Below are positions 26,763-33,429 of a stretch of DNA of 33,429 nucleotides, piece after piece. Source of the stretch: a virus; IMG/VR virus record IMGVR_UViG_3300028591_000058; one strand, 5' to 3'. The number at the start of each line of letters is the position of its first letter. Position 1 is the first letter of the stretch. The translations under genes and the position numbers were made by a program. The notes under the pieces were generated by a model, which saw only the letters and a program-made list of their open reading frames with translations, was not told the origin of the DNA and searched no databases.

Positions 26763-28502
26763 ATGGCAACAAGTAATAATTTTTCAACAACCAATCAATA
26801 TATAAAATATAGAATTATAGTCACAGAGAATTCAACAAGTGTTGCAAATAACACATCTAATATTACGGTTAAAGTTCAAGTATGGCGAACAAATACAGGT
26901 TATGAAACATACGGTAGTGGAACGTGTTATGTAAATATTGACGGAATACAATATAATCAAGCAATTACTACATCACAAAAGTTTACATATAATTCTTATA
27001 CAGAAGTATTTTTAAAGACTTTAAATATTACGCATAATCAAAATGGTAGTAAATCATTATATGTATCATCATATATAGACCATAGCCGTTTTGATAGTAA
27101 TACACAGGGTTTTACTGTAAATTTAACTAATATACCAAGAGGGGCAATTATAACAAATGCACCTAATTTTACAGACACAGGAAATCCGACAATAACTTAT
27201 TCTAATAGTGCAGGAAGCCAAGTGACATCATTACAGGCTTGTATATCTCTTACAGGCTCAAATGATGATATACCATATCGTGATATACCTATTAATGGAA
27301 CATCTTATACATTTAATCTTACAAGTTCAGAAAGAAATATATTATTAAATGCAACAAGTGGTAAAAGTAGAACAGTTTATTTTTATATTAAAACAGTTTT
27401 AGCAGGTAATACAATATATACCAATAAAGCGGTGACATTTAGTGTTGTAAATGCAAATCCGACAATAAGCTCTATTACATATCAAGATACAAATTCAACT
27501 ATTACATCTATTACAGGTAATAATCAATGGATTGTAAGGAATAAATCAACATTACAGATTACATTAAATTCATTACAGGCTCTTAAAGGGGCTACACTTT
27601 CAAGTGCAACAGTAAATATTAATGGTAATAATTATAATTTCAGTGGTATTTCAGGGTCAAGTATAGTAAGTGCTAGTTTAAATATTGGAACACTTAATAT
27701 ATCGTCAAATATAAATGCAACTATAACGTTGACAGATAGTAGGGGTTTTGTGTCAACTTATACAAAGGCAATAACTATACTAGATTATCAAGACCCTTAT
27801 TCAACAATCACTTTAGCCCGTTTAAATAACTTTTATACACAGTGTAATTTAGAAGTTGATTGCACTTATTCAAGCCTAAATAATACGAATTCTATAACTA
27901 TACAATGGCAAGCTAAAAAGATTAGTGATAGTGCATACGGTAGCTTAACAACTATTCAAAATAACACGGCAACAACAATTAATTTAGATAATGCTTATCA
28001 ATGGAATGTAAAGATAATTACAACAGATAGTTTAGGCACATCAGTAAATTATGTATTATTTGTTGATAAAGGAATACCATTATTTTTCGTTGATAAAGAT
28101 AAAAATTCAGTTGGTATAAATTGCTTCCCAAGAGAAGAAGAAAGTTTAGAAATCGGCGGAATGGTCGTCAATGGTGTAGTTCTTGCAGAGAATACAAAAG
28201 AAACTGCAAATGTAAAATTAATAGATGATGTAAGCAATTATAAATTTATAGACATTCAATATAGGGACAATGACAATACAGTAAATTCTGTAAGAGTTTA
28301 TGACCCGAACGGGAAAACGGCGTATTTAATGATTTCTTACCCTTATCAAAATGGTGTGACATATATTAAAGCCTGTTTAGTATCAATATCAGGTAAACAA
28401 ATTACGCCGATTAATTATTCAAGTATGACAATAAGAAGCGGGCAATCACCGACGATTGTAAATTCAAACTATTGTTATATTACAAAGGTCATAGGCTATT
28501 AA
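26763..28502 (+). CDS. Receptor-binding / tail spike-like structural protein (DUF859-like N-terminus)
   Basis: 579 aa, Asn/Ser/Thr-rich. The N-terminus FSTTNQYIKYRIIVTENSTSVANNTSNITVKVQVWRTNTGYETYG resembles the siphovirus DUF859 family. It is the last structural gene. Confidence 0.55.
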   Translation: MATSNNFSTTNQYIKYRIIVTENSTSVANNTSNITVKVQVWRTNTGYETYGSGTCYVNIDGIQYNQAITTSQKFTYNSYTEVFLKTLNITHNQNGSKSLYVSSYIDHSRFDSNTQGFTVNLTNIPRGAIITNAPNFTDTGNPTITYSNSAGSQVTSLQACISLTGSNDDIPYRDIPINGTSYTFNLTSSERNILLNATSGKSRTVYFYIKTVLAGNTIYTNKAVTFSVVNANPTISSITYQDTNSTITSITGNNQWIVRNKSTLQITLNSLQALKGATLSSATVNINGNNYNFSGISGSSIVSASLNIGTLNISSNINATITLTDSRGFVSTYTKAITILDYQDPYSTITLARLNNFYTQCNLEVDCTYSSLNNTNSITIQWQAKKISDSAYGSLTTIQNNTATTINLDNAYQWNVKIITTDSLGTSVNYVLFVDKGIPLFFVDKDKNSVGINCFPREEESLEIGGMVVNGVVLAENTKETANVKLIDDVSNYKFIDIQYRDNDNTVNSVRVYDPNGKTAYLMISYPYQNGVTYIKACLVSISGKQITPINYSSMTIRSGQSPTIVNSNYCYITKVIGY

Positions 28503-28513
28503 GAGGTGACATT

Positions 28514-28849
28514 ATGGAAAATTGGGCGATAGGACAAATTTTTATAGTCATTATGGCAGTTGCAGGATTAATCACTGCGATTGGTGGGGCAACTGCGGTT
28601 TTAAAAAGGTGGTGGACTAATTCAAAAGGTATGAAAAATCAAGAACAAATAAATAAGCTAGATAAAAGAGTTGAGAATGTAGAGCTAAAAACCCAAAGAT
28701 TAGAACGTCATCAAGACGAACAAGAAGAATTTACAAAAATTATGTGTAATTCTATGCTTGCTCTTTTAAATCATTCTATTACAGGAAATAATATCGCAAA
28801 GCTAAAAGAAGCGGAAGAAGAAATAAAGCAGTATTTAATTAATAAATAG
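28514..28849 (+). CDS. Membrane-anchored coiled-coil protein, holin-like (BhlA/UviB-like topology)
   Basis: The ATG at 28514 follows the AAGAGGTGA RBS. N-terminal TM segment IGQIFIVIMAVAGLITAIGGATAV, then a coiled coil. It occupies the usual lysis-gene position after the RBP. Confidence 0.4.
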   Translation: MENWAIGQIFIVIMAVAGLITAIGGATAVLKRWWTNSKGMKNQEQINKLDKRVENVELKTQRLERHQDEQEEFTKIMCNSMLALLNHSITGNNIAKLKEAEEEIKQYLINK

Positions 28850-28893
28850 GGCTAGAATTAATTTTTACATCATCAATGAATATTTTATCAAAT

Positions 28894-28926
28894 AAAAAAA
28901 GAAAAGGGCTTAAATGCCCTTTTTTA
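28894..28926. terminator. Bidirectional intrinsic terminator between the convergent + late operon and the - moron genes
   Basis: AAAGGGC (28903-28909) pairs with GCCCTTT (28916-22) around a 6-nt loop, flanked by an A-run upstream and a T-run downstream. Confidence 0.75.
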
Positions 28927-29193
28927 TATTGCCTTAATGAATTCTAATGCTTCTTCAAAATTCCTAAATGTGCCTTTATCTAATTTTACATATTCTTTAG
29001 TGCCTATCTTATGACCGTCTAAAGACCAATAATTTACATCTTCGCCATAGCAATTTAACCAATGCCTTAAATCAAATTTTACATCACCTTTTGTAAAAGT
29101 ATAACCATAGTTATTTACTAACATATAGCTTTCAACATTTTCACAACCTGCATTTTTTAATTCTTGCTCTTTATTAAATACTAAATTACTCAT
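28924..29193 (-). CDS. Hypothetical protein (moron gene next to attP)
   Basis: 89 aa; GAGGT RBS; no recognisable motif. Confidence 0.6.
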   Translation of the reverse strand: MSNLVFNKEQELKNAGCENVESYMLVNNYGYTFTKGDVKFDLRHWLNCYGEDVNYWSLDGHKIGTKEYVKLDKGTFRNFEEALEFIKAI

Positions 29194-29235
29194 TTTTATT
29201 TACCTCGCTTTTTAATTCTTTAATTGTCATCTTGA

Positions 29236-29379
29236 TTACCCCCTGTATTCAACATACCAATCTTTACCGAAATCATTACTTAATCTTTCTGCAACATAAT
29301 TCATTTTTGCAATAGATACATCTTCGCAATTTTGCCATTCACAATCAATTCCTTTAATTACATATCTAAATTGTTTCAT
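29236..29379 (-). CDS. Small hypothetical protein, 47 aa (not in the ORF track)
   Basis: My translation: MKQFRYVIKGIDCEWQNCEDVSIAKMNYVAERLSNDFGKDWYVEYRG. A GAGG RBS (agaggaatagaatATG) precedes it, and it is the first gene downstream of the near-consensus promoter. Confidence 0.45.
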   Translation of the reverse strand: MKQFRYVIKGIDCEWQNCEDVSIAKMNYVAERLSNDFGKDWYVEYRG

Positions 29380-29426
29380 ATTCTATTCCTCTATCTTTCT
29401 GTAAGCCCCTTTACCTTACTAATTTC

Positions 29427-29454
29427 ATTATACGCCTTTTTTTAAGTAATTCAA
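29427..29454 (-). promoter_or_regulatory. Near-consensus sigma-A-type promoter driving the two minus-strand moron genes
   Basis: Minus strand reads TTGAAT (29454-29449), a 16-nt spacer, then TATAAT (29432-29427), about 45 nt upstream of the ATG at 29379. Confidence 0.6.
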
Positions 29455-29579
29455 TAGTTTTTTAAAGAATATTTTTATTTTTTTAAATATTTTGTTTATT
29501 TTATAAAGTGATTTAATGATTTTGCTTTAATTGTGTAGGCTTATCAAATATTCAAAAACTTTGAATTTTTATCATAATC

Positions 29580-29900
29580 CAAACATAGAAGTTCAGAGCA
29601 GAGCGAAATTGGATTTCTTGTTTTTGCGAAAGAAAAAGCCCTACGAATAGAGCTTAAAAAATAGAAGTTCGTCACGTCGCTTCATCTATCAATCTTTCAC
29701 CTATGTTATGTAAGCATTGAATAACGCTAGTCCATATTCCCTTACATAGCCCATTACCTAGCCAAGCCTAAACCCATACCCGTTATTTTGAATTGGTCGT
29801 TCTGTTCCCCAATTTGACGGTGTAAGCGTAATAGGTGAAATACATTTAGCACCGTGTTGACTTTGTGCGTCGGCTCAACAAGACCTTATGTTTATTAATG
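29580..29900. ncRNA. ORF-free, GC-enriched block; candidate structured non-coding RNA (strand undetermined)
   Basis: No ORF over 17 codons in any frame. My hand-counted G+C is about 37-47% per 60 nt, against about 8% in 29461-29520. The plus strand is C-rich. There are six short hairpins and a 10-bp direct repeat (29585, 29661). Confidence 0.25.
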
Positions 29901-29938
29901 GTAAACTGTATGCTTTAAAAACCAATTATTAATATTAT

Positions 29939-29986
29939 AGTGCTATCATAAACTACCTTATGTAAAAGGCAGTAAATGATGACACT
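29939..29986. other. Candidate attP core: 48-bp imperfect inverted repeat
   Basis: AGTGCTATCATAAACTACC, a 10-bp spacer, then GGCAGTAAATGATGACACT. The arms match at 14/19 positions. It lies about 45 bp beyond the serine recombinase stop codon. Confidence 0.4.
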
Positions 29987-30007
29987 ACTTATACTAATAT
30001 ATATTAA

Positions 30008-30030
30008 GGAAAAAGTAAATACATTTTACT
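30008..30030 (-). terminator. Weak AU-rich intrinsic terminator at the end of the recombinase gene
   Basis: Minus strand AGTAAA-ATGTA-TTTACT hairpin (30014-30030) overlaps the TAG stop and is followed by TTTTCC. Confidence 0.35.
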
Positions 30031-31495
30031 AAATCCTTAAATATATTTTTAATTCAATCGGTTTGTCGTTTGCTATTTGACCTCTTGTTGATGTAGTCTT
30101 TGTATATTCTATTTTATCAATAAATGATTTCAAGATTTCGTTTTTCTGTTTGCCTGTTAAGTTCCAATATTCATCTAATACCTTTTCTAATATAGGTATA
30201 GTTCTTAATGCTTTTTCTTCATCATCAAATGAAATATTGTTTAAACCCTCTAAATTCGATTTTAAGGCGTTTAATTCACTCTCTAGGGTATTTACACGTT
30301 TAAGGTATTTTTCTTTTGTATAAATGCCCTCTTCTAACATTTCACAACATCTATCAATCATAGTTTCTTTTTTTGAAATTTCTTTTAATAGGATTGATTT
30401 TTCATTTTCGATTTGTTGCTTTTTCTTATTAAGTTCTTGACCTGTATTTTCTAAAAAATAATTAAAGTTCTGTAATTCTTCTTTTAATTCATCAATTAAT
30501 TTATGCTCTACCAATTCACAATTAGATGATATATTACCACAATATAACGGACATCTATATACTGTTGTCCTTTTATCATCACTTTTAGTAAAGCGTGACA
30601 TAGTTCTTCCACAATTACCACATTTCAGGATTGTTGCAAGTGGATTTACTAATTCTTTATTATTTGTTGTTTTACATTCACGTTGTTTTAACATTTCTTG
30701 CACTACATAAAAAGTTTTTTCATCAATAAGTGGTTTATGCTTACCCTTAATACTGTTAGCTTCCGCCTTTTTAGTATTACAATTTACATAGCCTATATAA
30801 ACTTTATTAGACAAAATTCTTTTAATGGCTCTATTCTCCCAACGTTGTTGATTAATTAGACCTTTTATATTGTTTTCTGTTAAATAACGTCTTAAATCAC
30901 CTAGTCCCCAATTATCATAAGCAAATTTATTAAATATTAATCTTACAACATCGGCGTTTTCATCTTCAACTAAAACAAACCCTTTATCTATTCTTTCTTT
31001 AGAATAGCCAAAAGGCGGGGTAGTTCCTATAAAATACCCCTCTTTCTGTGCTTGCTTTCTTCCCCTTAAAAGCCGTCTATTAATGATTTTATATTCACGC
31101 CTAGACATAAATAATCCAAACTCGAAAAAATCTTCGTCAAAATCATTATCACTTGATAAATCATATATTTTATTTAATGTTAAGATTTTAGTTTTAGATT
31201 TCTTAAAAATTTCTAATATTTCGGCTTGGTCGATTTGATTACCTCTTGATAAACGTTCAATTTCAATAACAACAATACCCTCGTATTTTTGTTTTGCGAC
31301 ATCTTCAAGTAGTCTTTGCATTTCAGGTCTATTAGCTATATTTTCACCCGATACAACTTCTTTATAAATTTCTTTAATAATTAAATTGTTTCGCTTGCAA
31401 TAATCTAAAAGCATACGTTCGTGTCTTGCTAAAGTTTCTTCTCTTGTTTCTTCTTGGTCGTCACGTGATTTTCTTAAATAAATTGCTACATTCAT
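30029..31495 (-). CDS. Large serine recombinase (phage integrase)
   Basis: 488 aa. Resolvase-type N-terminus (VAIYLRKSRDDQ, with the catalytic Ser context), a recombinase domain, a zinc ribbon (CGNCGRTM ... YRCPLYCGN) and a long C-terminal coiled coil. Confidence 0.9.
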   Translation of the reverse strand: MNVAIYLRKSRDDQEETREETLARHERMLLDYCKRNNLIIKEIYKEVVSGENIANRPEMQRLLEDVAKQKYEGIVVIEIERLSRGNQIDQAEILEIFKKSKTKILTLNKIYDLSSDNDFDEDFFEFGLFMSRREYKIINRRLLRGRKQAQKEGYFIGTTPPFGYSKERIDKGFVLVEDENADVVRLIFNKFAYDNWGLGDLRRYLTENNIKGLINQQRWENRAIKRILSNKVYIGYVNCNTKKAEANSIKGKHKPLIDEKTFYVVQEMLKQRECKTTNNKELVNPLATILKCGNCGRTMSRFTKSDDKRTTVYRCPLYCGNISSNCELVEHKLIDELKEELQNFNYFLENTGQELNKKKQQIENEKSILLKEISKKETMIDRCCEMLEEGIYTKEKYLKRVNTLESELNALKSNLEGLNNISFDDEEKALRTIPILEKVLDEYWNLTGKQKNEILKSFIDKIEYTKTTSTRGQIANDKPIELKIYLRI

Positions 31496-31804
31496 TTATG
31501 CTTCCTTTCTTGATGACTGTATAAATTGGGTCACAGTTCTTATTACTTGTAATTCTTCCGTTGAGTAATTATCAACGTAAAAACTTATTTTTTTAGTTTC
31601 ACCATAAATCAATTCGTCTAACGTAATATGAAATAAATTACATATTTTTCTTAATATGCTTAAAGATACATTATCGCACCCTTTAGAATACCACGCCGTT
31701 ATTGTTGGTTGTGTAATACCTATACTTTTCGCCAATTCACTTTTCTTCATATCGTGTGTGTCTAATAGTTGTTCTAAATTCTCTAAAAATCTCATATCTT
31801 CCAT
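31496..31804 (-). CDS. XRE-family HTH repressor (CI-like), lacking a peptidase domain
   Basis: 102 aa. HTH segment KKSELAKSIGITQPTITAWYSKG. Divergent from the Cro-like gene and abuts the integrase start. Confidence 0.75.
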   Translation of the reverse strand: MEDMRFLENLEQLLDTHDMKKSELAKSIGITQPTITAWYSKGCDNVSLSILRKICNLFHITLDELIYGETKKISFYVDNYSTEELQVIRTVTQFIQSSRKEA

Positions 31805-32047
31805 AATTTATTGTTCACCTTTACTTGCTCTATACATATTATATATAGAATTATACTTTTTTTCTTTAATTAATAATATAAACGTTCAAACGAAAAAAAT
31901 CAAATGTTCGTTCAAAAAATAAACGATAAAATTAATTTTTTAAAAAATATGTTGAAAATGGCAAATAATGGTATTATAATGAAAGAGAATTAAATATATT
32001 TAAGAAATTAATTAAATTTATTTAAGTTCGGAAAAGGGGGCGACAGT
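31805..32047. promoter_or_regulatory. Divergent immunity-region promoters and operators
   Basis: 243-bp AT-rich gap between the divergent HTH genes. CGTTCAAA is repeated at 31883 and 31909. Minus-strand TATAAT boxes lie at 31850-31855 and 31838-31843. Confidence 0.6.
31952..31980 (+). promoter_or_regulatory. Early rightward promoter (PR-like)
   Basis: TTGAAA (31952-57), a 17-nt spacer, then TATAAT (31975-80), about 68 nt upstream of the Cro-like ATG. Confidence 0.65.
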
Positions 32048-32272
32048 ATGAGGGATTTCGTAAATGTCAAAATCGAAATGACAAGAGCAGGTATTAATGT
32101 AAGTGATGTTGCAGGTGAAATGAATATATCACCACAAGCACTTTACCAAAAATTAAATGGCAATACTGAATTTTCACTTAAAGATATGAAATTAATTAAA
32201 AACATTTTAGTTAAGCATACAGGCGAAAATTTAACTCTTGATTATCTTTTCGGTGGCGACAATGATTGTTAG
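32048..32272 (+). CDS. Cro-like / XRE-family HTH regulator
   Basis: 74 aa. HTH segment SDVAGEMNISPQALYQKLNG; GGGGG RBS; first gene of the rightward operon. Confidence 0.7.
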   Translation: MRDFVNVKIEMTRAGINVSDVAGEMNISPQALYQKLNGNTEFSLKDMKLIKNILVKHTGENLTLDYLFGGDNDC

Positions 32273-32417
32273 AAAAACACCTACACAAGAAGTATTGGAA
32301 CAAATCTATAAAGCAATTCAAAAGAATATTAAAAATCAAGAGTGTTATTACACAGATGAAGAAATTAAAGAATTAAAACAAAACAACAACAACAATTTTA
32401 TCAAAGGGGAATATTAA
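32262..32417 (+). CDS. Possible small protein, 51 aa (not in the ORF track)
   Basis: The ATG overlaps the Cro-like stop (ATGATTGTTAG). My translation: MIVRKTPTQEVLEQIYKAIQKNIKNQECYYTDEEIKELKQNNNNNFIKGEY. It fills the gap before erf. Confidence 0.35.
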   Translation: MIVRKTPTQEVLEQIYKAIQKNIKNQECYYTDEEIKELKQNNNNNFIKGEY

Positions 32418-32420
32418 TCA

Positions 32421-33005
32421 ATGGAAGAAAATTTAAGTTTAATTCAAAAGGTTGTAAAAATTCAAAATGAATTAAAAGCACCAAAAGGACAATTCAATAA
32501 GTTTGGTGGTTATAAATACCGCAGTTGTGAGGACATAGTGGAAAGCGTTAAACCTATTTTGTTAGCTTATGGCGTTATGCTTAATATAAGCGACGAATTA
32601 GTCGTAATAGGTGATAGATATTATGTTAAAGCAGTTGCAGGTTTAACAGACGGCACAGATGTAATACAATCAATAGGTTATGCTAGAGAACCACAAGAAT
32701 TAAAAGGAATGTCGGAAAGTCAAATAACAGGCACGGCTTCATCATACGCACGTAAATATGCTTTAAACGGTTTACTTGCAATAGATGATACAAAAGACCC
32801 TGACACAGACGAATTCGCTAAAACAACAGGTCAAGAGCCAAAGCAGGAACAAAAAGCTACACCTAATCAAATAAAAGTATTATCAGAAAAATATCAGGGC
32901 GATAACTTGAAAAAATTATTAGAAGTAAATAAAATTTCTAAAATTGAAGATTTATCAATGACAAAAGCAAGTGAATTAATTTCTAAATTAAAGGGGACTA
33001 AATAA
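32421..33005 (+). CDS. erf: ERF-family single-strand annealing recombinase
   Basis: APKGQFNKFGGYKYRSCEDIVESVKPIL ... IGDRYYVKA ... TGTASSYARKYALNGLLAIDDTKD closely parallels P22 Erf (NSFGKYKYRSCEDILEGVKPLL ... GDRYYVKA ... SSYARKYCLNGLFGIDD), recalled from memory. Confidence 0.9.
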   Translation: MEENLSLIQKVVKIQNELKAPKGQFNKFGGYKYRSCEDIVESVKPILLAYGVMLNISDELVVIGDRYYVKAVAGLTDGTDVIQSIGYAREPQELKGMSESQITGTASSYARKYALNGLLAIDDTKDPDTDEFAKTTGQEPKQEQKATPNQIKVLSEKYQGDNLKKLLEVNKISKIEDLSMTKASELISKLKGTK

Positions 33006-33316
33006 TGGATTTAATTAAGTTTGAAAATAATGTGCTTGTATTAGACCAAGAAACAAGCCAAAAAATAGCCGAATTCGAAAAGGCTATAAAAGATATGCAG
33101 GAAAAAGAAAAAGCCTTAAAAGAAGCAATTTTAAATGAAATGCAAGCAAAAAATATTGTCAAGATTGATACACCCGAATTATCAATTACTTTAGTTGCAG
33201 AAACATATAAAGAAACATTTGACACTAAATTATTTAAAGAGCAAAATCCCGACTTATACGACGGTTATGTAAAGATGTCAACAGTTAAGCCAAGTTTAAG
33301 ATTAAAGGTGAAATAA
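33005..33316 (+). CDS. Hypothetical coiled-coil protein between Erf and the exonuclease
   Basis: 103 aa, with TAATG overlaps at both ends. Confidence 0.55.
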   Translation: MDLIKFENNVLVLDQETSQKIAEFEKAIKDMQEKEKALKEAILNEMQAKNIVKIDTPELSITLVAETYKETFDTKLFKEQNPDLYDGYVKMSTVKPSLRLKVK

Positions 33317-33429
33317 TGGAAACGTGGATTATTAAAGAACACGTTGTTGAATACATAGACGAAACACATACTTATTTATGCGACGGGGTAGTATTACCAA
33401 GTATTACACAGATTTTAAAAATCAAGTTT
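33316..33429 (+). CDS. 5' part of the exonuclease gene, a duplicate of 14-127 cut by the window end
   Basis: Sequence identical to 14-127. Confidence 0.9.
   Translation, partial: METWIIKEHVVEYIDETHTYLCDGVVLPSITQILKIKF

Noticed and set aside
29551-29578. Plus-strand promoter-like element (TTCAAA, 16 nt, CATAAT) that could drive a plus-strand RNA across the GC-rich block, and the AT-only hairpin TTCAAA/TTTGAA at 29551-29565
   Set aside because: Both are weak matches in about 10% GC sequence, where such hexamers arise by chance. They are mentioned only as a possible clue to strand, and are not reported as features.
29667-29690. Minus-strand GAUAGAUGAAGCGACGUGACGAAC, superficially like a hammerhead ribozyme core (GAUGA ... 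CGAA)
   Set aside because: It lacks the CUGA box and the GAAA element. The intervening sequence does not form a stem II, and no cleavage-site helix could be built.

Overview
The window is one complete, circularly closed genome. The unit length is 33,302 bp, and nt 1-127 recur exactly at 33303-33429. It is a temperate, very AT-rich siphovirus of a low-GC Firmicutes-type host, using the standard code (TGA is a stop) and GGAGG/GGTGA-type RBSs. Almost all genes are on the + strand.

Gene order:
- Recombination and replication: Erf (32421-33005), a PD-(D/E)XK exonuclease (14-607, spanning the junction), replisome organizer, SSB, a PAPS-reductase-like PP-loop enzyme, a NinB-like protein and many small unknowns.
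- Late-gene switch and packaging: RinA-type late activator, a displaced Dp-1-type holin and an HNH endonuclease. An accessory operon (ParB_N-DUF4417 fusion, lethal-factor-like zincin, small basic protein) follows, then TerS and TerL.
- Head and neck: HK97-type portal, protease, capsid and neck genes.
- Tail: phi13-type major tail protein, a 5-gene insert carrying a fibre gene, G/GT chaperones with a clear -1 slippery site, TMP, Dit, Tal and the RBP.
- Minus-strand lysogeny corner (28.9-31.8 kb): two tiny moron genes behind a near-consensus promoter, then a ~630 bp ORF-free stretch, a large serine recombinase and a short XRE repressor divergent from a Cro-like gene. The ORF-free stretch holds a GC-enriched core and a 48-bp imperfect dyad that is a candidate attP.

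Most worth following up:
- the ORF-free GC-enriched block next to attP/int, a candidate structured RNA;
- the ParB-DUF4417 / LF-like metalloprotease operon wedged between HNH and TerS;
- the apparent absence of any canonical endolysin from a complete genome;
- the extra fibre module between the major tail protein and the chaperones.

All family assignments come from motif recognition by eye and need HMM or structure confirmation.
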